64,000 nucleotides of DNA from an uncultured delta proteobacterium (GCA_963848295.1 CAWKDB010000010.1:1888001-1952000), one strand, 5' to 3'. Positions 11,782 through 21,853 are shown, numbered from the stretch's first letter. The notes: generated from the letters alone by a model not told the origin. Made by a program: numbers and translations.

Positions 11782-14075
11782 AGACTTCGGGACGCTGATC
11801 TCATTGGAGTTGGGTTTCGAAGCGTAGGGGAAGGCGCTTGTGATCACTCGGCAGGATCAGGCCGCGCTGGGTAAGATGACCGAGCAGATGATGAATCGCG
11901 TCGAGCTCGGATCGATTGGCTGCGGGCGCGAGGCGGACGATGATGGCGTGTTCGGTGATTGCCACCTTTGCCGGCGCGGCGAACAGGTTCGCGACGAGCT
12001 TCTTCGCCTCTCGGGGCCGGCTCATGTGCGGTGCGGCGATCGCGGCCAGCTCGGACTCGGCGTTGGCGCAGACGACGCGGATGACGTCGATGACAGTCTT
12101 GAGCTTGCCCGTGTGGCGGACGAGCTTGCCGGCGAGCTCGGTCTCTTCGACGGCGGCGTGCTTCGGAAACAGCGGGCGGAGCGCCTCGAGCTGCCGCTGC
12201 CATTCGAGCGACTCTGCGAGCTCGCGTTCGACACGCTCGCGTCGCTTGTCGTCCGCGGCCAGCCGCGCCAGCTCGCGGCGTGCGTCGCCCTCGGCGGTGC
12301 GCCAGACCCGCAGCGCGCGCTCGAGCTTTCGACGTGCCGGGTTCGGGATGATCGTCCCGGGTGGATACGGTTCGACGCGCCGGCCGTCGAGCTGGTTGAT
12401 GCCCCAGCGCTCGACCCCGTGCTTGAAGCCGTTCTCCTGGCGCCAGCGGAGCCACAGGATCTCGACGAGCCGCTCCGCGGGCAGCTTCGAGGCGGCGAGC
12501 AAGCTCACCTGTCGACCATCTTCGGTGCAGACCATGATGCGACGAAGGCGCCCGCGACCCTCGCCGAGATTTCGCAATCGGCTCTCGTGCAGCCCGACCT
12601 GTTCGCCCGCGATCGTCGCCGCTGTAAACGCCGTCGCCGGCAGCTCGGCGTAGGGCTTTCGCTCGTACGTGACGAAGTCGAAGTGGGCCTCGCGCAGCGC
12701 CGCGAGTTGCGCGGCAAACGCACCACCGCGATCGAAGGCGAGCAGGATCGTCTCGTCGGGGCCGAGCGCTTTGCGCAGGCGCTGGCCCAGGGGCAGCAGC
12801 CACTCGGTCAGGTGATCGTGCGACGGCACCGGCACGCGAAACATCGGCCGGCCGTCCTCGTCGTGGACGTAGTAGTCGGTCGTCCCGGGCAGCACGCGCT
12901 TGGCCTGCATCCGCCAGCCCTTTCGCACGACATGCTTGCCCGTATACGGCCGTAGATGGTTGTCGACGTAGAAGATCGCCGGGGCGCCGTCGCTCGCTGC
13001 GGTTGCGATCAGCCGCTCGGCCATCCGTGCCTCCAGCGCGGCGCCGGCGTCGGTCTGTGCGAGCAATCGACCGAGGATCTTGCGGACCCCGCTGGCCGTG
13101 GGCACGCGCTCGGCGCGCAGCAGCGTCGCGCCGGTCGGTGTCGCGAGTCGGCGCACACCCTCGACGACGAATTGCTTGAGCGCGAGCGCACAGATCACCG
13201 CGTCGAGCGCGATCCGCAGCCCATCGGGATGCCGGCCCTCGAACGCGCGCTGCGCCTCTTCGTGCAGCCCCATCTCGCCGGCAAGCGCGAGCAAGATCCA
13301 GCAGCCGGCGTGCTGCACGAGCTTTCCGCCGCGGACCGGCTGCGCCGTCATCGGCACCTGATCCTTGTCGTCGAATTCGTCGGCCGTGACCGGATCGTCG
13401 CCGAGGTCGACATCGCGATCCGGTCCGGCGATCAGCAGTGCGAGCTGCCCGGCGATCGCGGTCGGCGCGGCCTGCCGTGCCGCCTCGACAGGGCTCCCGG
13501 CGGCGCGCTCACGACGCCAGTCGTCCCAAACGCGCCACACCGTCGAATACACGAGGCGCTGTTTGCGCGGCTGTTCGCGGTGCGCGTCGATCGGCATTCG
13601 CCCCGCGTCGAACATCGCGTACCAAACAGTTCGCAACTCCCGCGTTACCTTCGTAACTCCTCCGCGTCGCGGTCCCAGCACCGCAGCAAACCCCGCGGCT
13701 TCTTCCTTCCGCCGCAGGCGCCGCAAATGTTCGTCCGTGATCCCGAATGCTGTTGCCAGTCGCCCGAGGTGGAACTGATCGGTTTTCGCGAGCGTCACTG
13801 CCAGTACGTTGCGAGGGCCGCGGTCATCGTCGTCCAGATCGAACCCGCCGATCAGCGTCCCGCCGATGTACACGCTCGCGATCGTGTCCCGGACGATCAC
13901 CACCCCGTCCGACGAGAAACGCCGGATTTCGTGGGCGGGCTTTGGCGACGGCTCAGGCAAGGCGAGGTCGAGAGCTTCCATCGTTGCCAAGACAACCGCC
14001 AGCGATCCGAAATTCCCACAATCCATCGATCTAATCGAATTCTCGTAAACCTGCGTCATTCGATCAGTTCAAAAT
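11782..14075 (-). mobile_element. Insertion sequence (about 2.3 kb) inside atpA
   Basis: Flanked by the direct repeat GGCGCCC (11775-11781 and 14076-14082). Removing the element plus one copy restores in-frame ...FARFGARVDEDTRKS... Confidence 0.92.
11801..14059 (-). CDS. Large DDE transposase (IS4-superfamily-like); start may be ATG 13981
   Basis: N-terminal HTH-like LATAFGITDEHLRRLRR; FYVDNH...FDRGG...RWRQENGFK catalytic-triad pattern; fills the element. Confidence 0.85.
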   Translation of the reverse strand: MTQVYENSIRSMDCGNFGSLAVVLATMEALDLALPEPSPKPAHEIRRFSSDGVVIVRDTIASVYIGGTLIGGFDLDDDDRGPRNVLAVTLAKTDQFHLGRLATAFGITDEHLRRLRRKEEAAGFAAVLGPRRGGVTKVTRELRTVWYAMFDAGRMPIDAHREQPRKQRLVYSTVWRVWDDWRRERAAGSPVEAARQAAPTAIAGQLALLIAGPDRDVDLGDDPVTADEFDDKDQVPMTAQPVRGGKLVQHAGCWILLALAGEMGLHEEAQRAFEGRHPDGLRIALDAVICALALKQFVVEGVRRLATPTGATLLRAERVPTASGVRKILGRLLAQTDAGAALEARMAERLIATAASDGAPAIFYVDNHLRPYTGKHVVRKGWRMQAKRVLPGTTDYYVHDEDGRPMFRVPVPSHDHLTEWLLPLGQRLRKALGPDETILLAFDRGGAFAAQLAALREAHFDFVTYERKPYAELPATAFTAATIAGEQVGLHESRLRNLGEGRGRLRRIMVCTEDGRQVSLLAASKLPAERLVEILWLRWRQENGFKHGVERWGINQLDGRRVEPYPPGTIIPNPARRKLERALRVWRTAEGDARRELARLAADDKRRERVERELAESLEWQRQLEALRPLFPKHAAVEETELAGKLVRHTGKLKTVIDVIRVVCANAESELAAIAAPHMSRPREAKKLVANLFAAPAKVAITEHAIIVRLAPAANRSELDAIHHLLGHLTQRGLILPSDHKRLPLRFETQLQ

Positions 14076-14492
14076 GGCGCCCGCGTGGATGAGGACACCC
14101 GCAAGAGCATCGACCACGGACGGCGAATTCGCGCTTGCCTCGAGCAGCCCGAATTCGATCCGGTGTCCGTGCCCGCGCAGATCGCGATCCTGCTCGCGCT
14201 GACCGCGAAGCTCTTCGATCCGGTGCCGCTCGACCAAATGACCGCCGCCGAGCAGGCCGTGCGTGAGGCGGCGGCGGGCATCCCGGCGGAGGTGAGCGCT
14301 GGATTCGAAACGGCCTCAGCCTTGAGCGCCGAGGATCGCAAGTCGATCGTCGAGCTCGCCCGCCGAGCGCTCGCGCCGTTCTATCCGAAGCCTGAGGCCG
14401 CGCCGAAGCTCGAAGTCAAGGCTGGGCCGAAGCTCGAAACCGAGCCGAAGCCGAAGGTCTCGGCGGAGGCGGCACCTGTGGAGAAGTCATGA
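14076..14492 (+). pseudogene. atpA: ATPase alpha subunit, 3' fragment
   Basis: VDEDTRKSIDHGRRIRACLEQPEFDPVSVPAQIAIL is the alpha C-terminal domain; stop overlaps the atpG start. Confidence 0.93.
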
Positions 14493-15385
14493 GCGACACC
14501 ACGGCGAGCCTGCGCCGAAAGATCGCGACTGCGGGTGATCTGCAATCCGTCGTCCGCACGATGAAAGCCTTGGCCGCTTCGAGTATCGGACAGTATGAAA
14601 GGTCGGTGCGCGCACTGGCCGACTACTATCGAACCGTCGAGCTGGGGTTGGGCGCCTGCTTCCGGAAGAGCGAGGCCGCGACGTTCACGGGCAACAGAAG
14701 ACGTCGGGCCGGTGCGCGCGTGATCGGCGCCGTCGTGTTCGGTTCGGACCAGGGGCTGGTGGGGCAGTTCAACGAGGTCGTGGTCGAGCACGCGATCGTG
14801 ACGCTCGCCGCTCTGCCCGGTACACACCGCGTCTGGGCCGTCGGCGAGCGCGTTCACGCCCGCCTCGCGGGCGCCGGTCTACAACCGACCGAACTCTTCA
14901 CCGTGCCTAACTCCGTCCAGGCCATTACCCCGCTGGTCCGGCAGATCCTCGTGGACAGCGAGACGCGTCATCGCCAGGATGAAGTGACCGAGCTCTACCT
15001 CTTTTACAACCGCCCCACTGCCGGAGCGGTCTATGTTCCGATCTCTCAGCGATTGCTACCGCTGGACGAAACCTGGCGCCGCAAGCTCGCCGAGCTTCCA
15101 TGGCCGACGGGAACGCTGCCGGAGGTCCTCGGGAGCGGCACGGCGACGCTGCGCGCACTCGTCCACGAATACCTCTTCATTTCGCTCTTCCGGGCGTGCG
15201 CCGAATCTCTCGCGAGTGAGAACGCGAGCCGCCTCGCGGCGATGGAACGCGCCGAGCAGAACATCGACGAGTTGCTCGAGACTCTCCACGGCACGTTCCA
15301 GCGTCTGCGGCAGGCAAGCATCGACGAAGAGCTATTCGACGTGGTTTCTGGTTTCGAGGCGCAAGTCGAACCGACGTTGCATTAG
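14489..15385 (+). CDS. atpG: ATPase gamma subunit
   Basis: LQSVVRTMKALA, GSDQGLVGQFN, SENASRLAAMERA, RLRQASIDEEL. Confidence 0.95.
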   Translation: MSDTTASLRRKIATAGDLQSVVRTMKALAASSIGQYERSVRALADYYRTVELGLGACFRKSEAATFTGNRRRRAGARVIGAVVFGSDQGLVGQFNEVVVEHAIVTLAALPGTHRVWAVGERVHARLAGAGLQPTELFTVPNSVQAITPLVRQILVDSETRHRQDEVTELYLFYNRPTAGAVYVPISQRLLPLDETWRRKLAELPWPTGTLPEVLGSGTATLRALVHEYLFISLFRACAESLASENASRLAAMERAEQNIDELLETLHGTFQRLRQASIDEELFDVVSGFEAQVEPTLH

Positions 15386-15411
15386 CGCGTTGCGCGACGC
15401 GCTCGACGAGC

Positions 15412-17460
15412 TCAAGATCGATTCGAGCGAACGAGCACGACGACCGACCGCGTACGAACGACGTACGATGCATGGGGCAGCGCTACCGCCGCGGCGATGT
15501 CGATGTCCTCCGGGCTCGCGCTTGCCGTATCGACGGCGAGCCGCCAGGGGCGCTCCTCGACATCCTGGATCACGAAGCACGCGTCATCTGGACCGCCGTT
15601 GACCATGATGTAGAGGTCGTCGTCCCTTTGCGACGAGCCGCGCAGGCACAGCGCGATCTCGTGCGACGACTGAGACAGGTCGACGACGCCGCGCGGACCA
15701 AACCACCGGACGTCCTCGCGCCAGAACCGACTGCGCGCGAGCGACGGATGCCGCTTGCGAAATGCGATCATCTGCCGGACGAATCGGAAGAAGTCCCGAT
15801 TGCGGTCGAGGCACGACCAATCCAGCCAGCTGGTCTTGTTATCCTGGTTGTACGGATTGTTGTTGCCGCCCTGCGAGAACAAGAACTCGTCACCGGCTCG
15901 TAGCATCGGTGTGCCATTCGATAGCAGCAGCAACGCGATCAGATTCTTGGCCTGGCGCTCGCGCAGCGCGGCGACGTCGGCCGGCGCGTTCGCGTCGCCC
16001 TCCCAACCGCAGTTCGTGCTGAAATTCTCGGCCGGTCCGTCGAGGTTGCCGTGGCCGTTCGCCTCGTTGTGCTTGTGCTCGTAGGCGAGCAGATCGTAGA
16101 GCGTGAAGCCGTCGTGACAGGTGACGTGGTTGACGCTCTGATAGGCGTGGTACGCGTCGATCACGTCGTCGGGAAACAAGTCGTCACTTCCGTAAAGCCG
16201 CTGCATGACGGCCCCGACCATTCCGTTGTCGCCGCGCACGAAGCGGCGCATGTCGTCGCGGAATCGGCTGTTCCACTGTTGCCACGTCGTCCCCGGAAAG
16301 CCGCGTCCGAGCTCGTAGGCACCGGCGGCATCCCAGGGCTCCGCAATCATCCGCATCCGGTCGAAGGACGGGTCCGACGAGATGTCGCCGAAGATCGGCG
16401 GGTCGTCGAAGTTGAGCGAGCCGTCCGGGCCGCGTGTGAACACGGAGGCGAGATCGAAGCGAAAGCCATCGATGCGCATCTCGTCCACCCAGTAGCGCAT
16501 GCTGTCGAGGATCATCGAGCGGACGTAGCGGTTGTTCGCGTTCAGGCTGTTGCCACACCCGGAGTAGTCCGCGTAGTCGGTCGGCGCTTGGTACTTCATC
16601 AAGTAGTACGTGCTGTTGTCGAGGCCCTTGAAGCTATAGATCGGGCCTCCCGCGCCACCCTCCGTCGTGTGGTTGTAGACGGAGTCGAGGACAACTTCGA
16701 TGTCGGCGGCGTGGAGCGCGTCGACCATCTCGCGAAACTCACGCACGGCGTCGTCGTGTGCGTAGCCGGCATGCGGCGCGAAGAAGCTCATCGGCATGTA
16801 GCCCCAGTAGTCGCCGGCCTGCGGATCGAACTGGAAGACCGGCATCAACTCGACGATGGTGACGCCGAGCTCGCGGAGATACGGGATCTTCTCGATCACG
16901 CCGGCGAACGTCCCGCGAGCAGCCTCGGACACACCGGAGCTCGCGTCGCGCGTGAAGCCGCGCACGTGGAGCTCGTAGATGACGGCGTCGGCTTCGTGGC
17001 GCGTCGGCCTGTGATCGCGCCACGGGAACGTCGGCACTCGCACATCGAGCACGCCGAGCGGTGCGCGACCGAGATTCTTCACTCCATCGAGCGCTGCAGC
17101 GCGATCGAATGCCGGCGGGAAGTGAATGCTGCGCGCGTAGGGATCGAGCAGCAGCTTCTCGGGATGGAACGCGTGCGCCTCGAACGGTCCGGTGGCTTCT
17201 GGCCCGTCCACGACATAGCCGTAGAATCGCGCCCCGTGCAGCGCGTCGGCCGCCACACGGCAGTGCCACACACGACCCGACTTATTGAGGAGCGGGTCGA
17301 GCACGTGCTCGTACATCGCATGCTCGACGTCGTCGCCGAAGACGAGCAAGCGGACGGTCGTCGCGTGCTTCGAGTAGACCGCGAAGTTATGCGCTTGATC
17401 GTCGGCGGACCAGGATACGCCGAGCGGATACGGCAATCCTTCGTCGCGTTCCCAGGTCAT
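15412..17460 (-). CDS. glgX: Glycogen debranching enzyme / isoamylase (GH13)
   Basis: PYPLG, YELHVRGFT, YWGY, VYNHT, DGFRFDLA, IAEPWD, TCHDGFTL, GNNNPYNQDN; ATG 17460. Confidence 0.93.
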   Translation of the reverse strand: MTWERDEGLPYPLGVSWSADDQAHNFAVYSKHATTVRLLVFGDDVEHAMYEHVLDPLLNKSGRVWHCRVAADALHGARFYGYVVDGPEATGPFEAHAFHPEKLLLDPYARSIHFPPAFDRAAALDGVKNLGRAPLGVLDVRVPTFPWRDHRPTRHEADAVIYELHVRGFTRDASSGVSEAARGTFAGVIEKIPYLRELGVTIVELMPVFQFDPQAGDYWGYMPMSFFAPHAGYAHDDAVREFREMVDALHAADIEVVLDSVYNHTTEGGAGGPIYSFKGLDNSTYYLMKYQAPTDYADYSGCGNSLNANNRYVRSMILDSMRYWVDEMRIDGFRFDLASVFTRGPDGSLNFDDPPIFGDISSDPSFDRMRMIAEPWDAAGAYELGRGFPGTTWQQWNSRFRDDMRRFVRGDNGMVGAVMQRLYGSDDLFPDDVIDAYHAYQSVNHVTCHDGFTLYDLLAYEHKHNEANGHGNLDGPAENFSTNCGWEGDANAPADVAALRERQAKNLIALLLLSNGTPMLRAGDEFLFSQGGNNNPYNQDNKTSWLDWSCLDRNRDFFRFVRQMIAFRKRHPSLARSRFWREDVRWFGPRGVVDLSQSSHEIALCLRGSSQRDDDLYIMVNGGPDDACFVIQDVEERPWRLAVDTASASPEDIDIAAAVALPHASYVVRTRSVVVLVRSNRS

Positions 17461-18041
17461 CGCAGAGTCCGCAGCAACTCGCGGATGCGCGGCCACTCGT
17501 CGGCCGCGTGACTCGGCTCCGCCGCGCACAGGTCGGCGAACGCCACCAGCTCGCAATGCACGGGCTCGCGCACGGTTTCTGAGAGCCCGCGCACGAGCTC
17601 GCCGAGCGTCGCGAGCTCGCCATGGACCCAGGCCCAATCGCCACCGATGGTGAGCTCGCCGATCACGGTCTTGGCCCACGGTGATCCGTCGCGCTCCGCG
17701 AGGATGGCGGCGAGGTGGGCATGCGCAGCGAGCAGCGCGCCGTAAGCCGTAGCCACTTCTCGATCAGCGATGGCGTCGGGGTCGATCGCCCGAGAGCCGC
17801 GCCGAGGCCACGGAATCGACGTGAGCATGAACAGCCCGCCGATCGCGGCTCCGAGACTCCAGAGCGACGTTAGAGGTAGCGATGCGATCAGGCAGGCGAA
17901 TGCGAGCAGAGCCGCAACGCCGGATCCGAATACGAACGGCGCCGGCATGCGATCCGCCAACGATCGTCGGCAACAGCTCGCGTCGTGCACCGGGACGAGT
18001 GCCACGCTGCGCTCATCGAGTGAGTGAGATGTCGAGTCCAT
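17457..18041 (-). CDS. Hypothetical membrane protein
   Basis: Two hydrophobic helices followed by a helical domain; stop overlaps the glgX start; sigma54 motif 14 nt upstream of ATG 18041. Confidence 0.6.
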   Translation of the reverse strand: MDSTSHSLDERSVALVPVHDASCCRRSLADRMPAPFVFGSGVAALLAFACLIASLPLTSLWSLGAAIGGLFMLTSIPWPRRGSRAIDPDAIADREVATAYGALLAAHAHLAAILAERDGSPWAKTVIGELTIGGDWAWVHGELATLGELVRGLSETVREPVHCELVAFADLCAAEPSHAADEWPRIRELLRTLR

Positions 18042-18053
18042 GGCTCGAGCGTT

Positions 18054-18069
18054 TGCAGGGACCGCGCCA
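18054..18069 (-). promoter_or_regulatory. sigma54-type promoter (hypothetical gene + glgX)
   Basis: TGGCGCGGTCCCTGCA. Confidence 0.65.
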
Positions 18070-18078
18070 CGCCCGGCC

Positions 18079-18210
18079 TCAAGCGCGCTTCGAGCGCGGT
18101 ACCCAGACGCCGCCTGGAACGCGAGCATAGCGCCGCTTGACCGCGGCCCAGGCGATGCGGTGGGCGATCGGTTCGCGTGCGGGCAGATCGGTGGTCTTGG
18201 CGTAGGGCAT
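18079..18210 (-). CDS. chaB: Miniature / internally deleted ChaB-family protein (43 aa)
   Basis: MPYAKTTDLP joined directly to REPIAHRIAWAAVKRRY: both ChaB terminal motifs with the middle missing. Confidence 0.7.
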   Translation of the reverse strand: MPYAKTTDLPAREPIAHRIAWAAVKRRYARVPGGVWVPRSKRA

Positions 18211-18212
18211 GG

Positions 18213-18707
18213 CTAGCTCTCGATGCGTTTGGTGATCGCGGCCACCGCGACCTCGTCTTCGCCGCCGTGCGCGATCACATCCGGCGCCAGCGGTGGTTCG
18301 TAAGCCGCGCCGGCGCCTGGCAACGTCGGAATTTCGCCGCGGCGAGCCGCTGCATAGAGTCCCTTCGTGTCGCGCCGTGTACACTCGTCGAGCGGCGTAT
18401 CGACGAACACCTCCACGAACTGCGATGCGAACGTCCGCGCGAGCTCGCGGTGGGCACGCAATGGCGCCGTCGCGGCGACGATCACGGTCGGGCCCTGGCG
18501 CGCGATCAACGCGGCGAGCTCTGCGAGCGCGCGGTAAAAGTAGTCGCGCGCGGCGTTCTGATAGCTATGGATCCCTAGCGCGCGACGGACATCGTCTCCG
18601 TCGAGCACCACGGCGCTGCGCTGACCGGCGATCAACCGCTCGCGGAGCCGCTCGGCGAGTGTCGACTTGCCGGACGACGGAAGGCCCGTGATCCACACGA
18701 TCGTCAT
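18213..18707 (-). CDS. Adenylyl-sulfate kinase family P-loop kinase
   Basis: WITGLPSSGKST, LDGDDVR, RDTKGLY, YEPP. Confidence 0.88.
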   Translation of the reverse strand: MTIVWITGLPSSGKSTLAERLRERLIAGQRSAVVLDGDDVRRALGIHSYQNAARDYFYRALAELAALIARQGPTVIVAATAPLRAHRELARTFASQFVEVFVDTPLDECTRRDTKGLYAAARRGEIPTLPGAGAAYEPPLAPDVIAHGGEDEVAVAAITKRIES

Positions 18708-19783
18708 TCGAACAACGCTTCCGCCGCATCCGGGTCGAGACGCCCCGCGTCGAGGACATGTTCGGCGAGCCCGAGCAGCGCTTCGCGACCGGCGGTCGAC
18801 AACTTTGGGTAGAAGCGTGGGTTACACACGACCAGCGTGCGCCACGCGAAGAACGGCGGCGCCACGGCAAGCAGCTCCGGATCGGGGCGATGCTCGGCGC
18901 AGCGCGACCACCACCGCCGCCACAGGACACCGAGACCGCCGGCCCATGTCTCGCGTGCGTCGATGGCGAACAGGACGAAGTTGATCGCGAGGGCGGTCAA
19001 ATCATCGGCCGGATCGCCGCACGCACCTCGGCTCGCGTCGAGCAGCGACGGCATGAGGCGCTCGAATACGATGTTGAACGGATGGAAGTCGCCGTGCGTC
19101 CGCGCGAGTCGATCGCCCCGATCGCGAAGACGCCATCGCCATGACGCGCATCGCTCTTCGATCGCGCGCAGCCGGCTCGGCGGCGCACCGGGAACGTCGT
19201 CCGGATAACCGTCGATGATGCCGAAGATGCCTTCGCCGTGACCGATGAGGTCGCGGAGCGCGCGTCGGTAGCGATGGTGGCCATTCGCGATCGGCAGGTG
19301 GAGGTCCGCCAGATACGCGGCGAGCGTATCGAGTCGCTCGAGATCTTGATCCGCGAGCGGTTCACCTGCGGCGAGTCGCCGGAGGTCGTTCGCATAGATC
19401 GTGCCCCGTGCGTAGGTGGTGATCAGATAATACTCGCCCGCATCTCGCAGCGACACGAGCTGACCGTCGCGACGCACGGCCCCGACATCCAACGGTGCGA
19501 CGTGGGCTGGAACTTCGGTGAAGTCGTCGTACGCGAGCAGCGTCTCCGCCGCACGGTCGGAGCGGCGATCGTGGCCGAACTCGTTCGGCGCTGCGACTCG
19601 CCAGACCAAGTCGCGACGACGGCCACCATCGTCGATCACGAGGTGTGCCGGTTCGCCGTAGCCGGCGACCTTTGCCGTCGAGCTCATGGTCGCCCCCGCG
19701 TCCGGCGCGAGCGGTTTGACCGCCAGCAACTTCGCGCCGGGGAACAGCCGCGCGACATGCTCGTGAAGCTTCGGAGCTGTCAT
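18704..19783 (-). CDS. Aminoglycoside/choline phosphotransferase (APH) family kinase
   Basis: Brenner-type motif HGDFHPFNI followed by LLDASRG...GDPADD. Confidence 0.8.
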   Translation of the reverse strand: MTAPKLHEHVARLFPGAKLLAVKPLAPDAGATMSSTAKVAGYGEPAHLVIDDGGRRRDLVWRVAAPNEFGHDRRSDRAAETLLAYDDFTEVPAHVAPLDVGAVRRDGQLVSLRDAGEYYLITTYARGTIYANDLRRLAAGEPLADQDLERLDTLAAYLADLHLPIANGHHRYRRALRDLIGHGEGIFGIIDGYPDDVPGAPPSRLRAIEERCASWRWRLRDRGDRLARTHGDFHPFNIVFERLMPSLLDASRGACGDPADDLTALAINFVLFAIDARETWAGGLGVLWRRWWSRCAEHRPDPELLAVAPPFFAWRTLVVCNPRFYPKLSTAGREALLGLAEHVLDAGRLDPDAAEALFE

Positions 19784-20928
19784 GACGCCAGCGGGGGGGC
19801 GAGATGCGTGGGGTAGCCGCGCACCGCGCGGAGCTCGAGCGTTCGCGCGATGTCGCGCGGTCCGACTAGCCCTGTCACCGTTGCGGGTGGGTCAACCGCG
19901 ACGACGTAGCTCGCGCCCTCCTCGGCCGCTGCGCGGAGTGCTTCATTGGCACCCGCGGTTTCCGAAACGATCACGTATCGCGCATGAAGATGAGCTGTGA
20001 GCGATCCTATCGGCGCGGTGGGACGCAGGCGCGAGAGTCGCGATACGTCGTCGGCCTCGATCACCGCGATCGGCCGACGCCGATCGACCACGACAAGCTC
20101 GAGCCGATCGAGCTCTGACATCCGGCGAAGTGCGTCGTCGAGATATTCGTCGCTTCCGATCACCGGTGGTTGTTTGCGACTCGGAAGGAAGTCCGTAACC
20201 CGGAGATCGCTCAGACGCTGGCTGATGCGCTCGCTAGCACCCTCCGCCGTGGCGCCGGAGTAGATGAACAGTGCGATCAAACCGAGCAACAGGTTGACTT
20301 GAAGGATGGCCAGGACACCCAGTCCGATCGCGAACAGCCTACCGATCGCGGTCGCGATCGCCGTTGCACGGCCCAGACCGAGCCGGGCGGCGAGCACGGC
20401 GCGGAAGATGCGACCGCCGTCCATGGGGAACGCCGGCAGCAAGTTGAAGAGACCGAGCGTCATGTTCATCGCCGCTACGTAGAACAGGGCCATCTGGAGG
20501 TCGGCGCGACCACCGAACACCGCGTAGCCGACGAAGCTCAGTGCGCCGATCGCAAAGCTTGCTGCCGGACCGGCCGCGGCCATGAGCGCTTGGTGCAGCG
20601 GTCGAGTCGGGGCTCGCGAGATCTGAGACACGCCGCCGATCAACATCAGCGTTATCGAGCGAACGCGACCGCCATAACGTAGGGCGAGCATCGTGTGCGC
20701 GAGCTCGTGCAGCGCGACGGATGCAAACAACGCCGCTGCGAGCAACGCACCCCAGACGATGGGTGGCAACGTCAGCCGTGTTTGCTCGACCCCAGCAAGA
20801 TCCGCGATCGAACCGAACTGATACGACAGTGCGACCGCGAGGTATGGAATGACGAGCAGTAACGTCCAGTGCGCCCGTACCGGGACGCCGCGAACGCGAA
20901 ACAACGTGAGCGAGCCGTCGCGAATCAT
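19780..20928 (-). CDS. Site-2 (M50) zinc metalloprotease with C-terminal CBS-like domains
   Basis: HELAH, AGP, FNLLPAFPMDGGR; ATG 20928. Confidence 0.92.
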   Translation of the reverse strand: MIRDGSLTLFRVRGVPVRAHWTLLLVIPYLAVALSYQFGSIADLAGVEQTRLTLPPIVWGALLAAALFASVALHELAHTMLALRYGGRVRSITLMLIGGVSQISRAPTRPLHQALMAAAGPAASFAIGALSFVGYAVFGGRADLQMALFYVAAMNMTLGLFNLLPAFPMDGGRIFRAVLAARLGLGRATAIATAIGRLFAIGLGVLAILQVNLLLGLIALFIYSGATAEGASERISQRLSDLRVTDFLPSRKQPPVIGSDEYLDDALRRMSELDRLELVVVDRRRPIAVIEADDVSRLSRLRPTAPIGSLTAHLHARYVIVSETAGANEALRAAAEEGASYVVAVDPPATVTGLVGPRDIARTLELRAVRGYPTHLAPPLAS

Positions 20929-20940
20929 GGGACCTCGCGT

Positions 20941-20956
20941 TGCATCGTGCGTGCCG
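20941..20956 (-). promoter_or_regulatory. sigma54-type promoter (site-2 protease, APH, kinase, chaB unit)
   Basis: CGGCACGCACGATGCA, 14 nt from the ATG. Confidence 0.7.
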
Positions 20957-21073
20957 CGGTATGGAACGTTCGCGAGCCTCTGCACGAGCGCGAGGCGCGG
21001 CAATTGCGTGATGCCGGAGAGCTCGCACGTTGCGATGCCCGGGTGGCGCCAACTCGACCGCGGGTATCGCGAG

Positions 21074-21853
21074 CTACGGAAGCTTCGCGTGCGTCGACGC
21101 ATGGCATGCCGCGCAAGTCACGAGCATCTCGCCATAGGCGGTTCCTCGCTCGTCGAGCAGCGTCGTGGTTCGGTTCGCGAGCTGCGCGCGCGCCTTGGCC
21201 TGGAGATCGATCGCGAGTTGCGGTGGATCGCCGGTCGGGGGAAACGGCAGCGGCGTCGCCGCGAGGACCTCGAGCCCGCGCGTCCATCGCACGTCATCGG
21301 CGCCGACCAGGCTTTCCCACAGCCGATCGACGGCCCACACGTGGCGGGCCATTCGGTCCTGCCGGCGTGGTCCATCGGGTGGCGGCGCCGAGACCGGACC
21401 GAATCGGGGCCAGTTCTGCGATGCGACGTGGCAGCCAGCGCATTCAACTGCGAGCTGGGCCTCGCGCCGCAGCGCATCGTCAAGGCCCGGTGCGTGAACG
21501 AGCCTATCCGCGGCGTCAGCTACACGGTTCACGTGAAGGGACCATGGCTCGAGCCCCGGCTCGTCCGGTTGGCCGACGAGCAGCTGAGCTAGTGTGAGCC
21601 CCTCATCGAGCTTTCCCGCGATCAGCAGCTCCTCGATCATGCGCAGATCATCGAAGTGCTGCCTCATGTGGTAGCGCGCTGCGGCCAGGTCACGAAACCG
21701 CGCGGGCGGCAGCGGGTCCGGAAGCGGCTCGTACCACGGCGCGCGCGGAGGCACGTAGGTCGTCTCCGGATCGATGTAGTCGCGACAAACATCGCTGCTG
21801 CACGATGCCGCGACGACGGTGAACAGCGCGAGTCCGGCTCTCATCGCTTCCAC
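21074..21853 (-). CDS. Di-heme c-type cytochrome lipoprotein (paralog 1)
   Basis: Lipobox-like VVAASC; CAGCH and C-terminal CAACH. Confidence 0.8.
   Translation of the reverse strand: MEAMRAGLALFTVVAASCSSDVCRDYIDPETTYVPPRAPWYEPLPDPLPPARFRDLAAARYHMRQHFDDLRMIEELLIAGKLDEGLTLAQLLVGQPDEPGLEPWSLHVNRVADAADRLVHAPGLDDALRREAQLAVECAGCHVASQNWPRFGPVSAPPPDGPRRQDRMARHVWAVDRLWESLVGADDVRWTRGLEVLAATPLPFPPTGDPPQLAIDLQAKARAQLANRTTTLLDERGTAYGEMLVTCAACHASTHAKLP

Noticed and set aside
11782..14075. Self-splicing intron or intein in atpA
   Set aside because: It encodes an antisense DDE transposase, has a target duplication and introduces a stop at 11796-11798. No RT or endonuclease motifs are present.
18213..18707. 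Sulfate assimilation locus (cysC)
   Set aside because: No cysD, cysN, cysH or sulfotransferase nearby, so the gene symbol is withheld.
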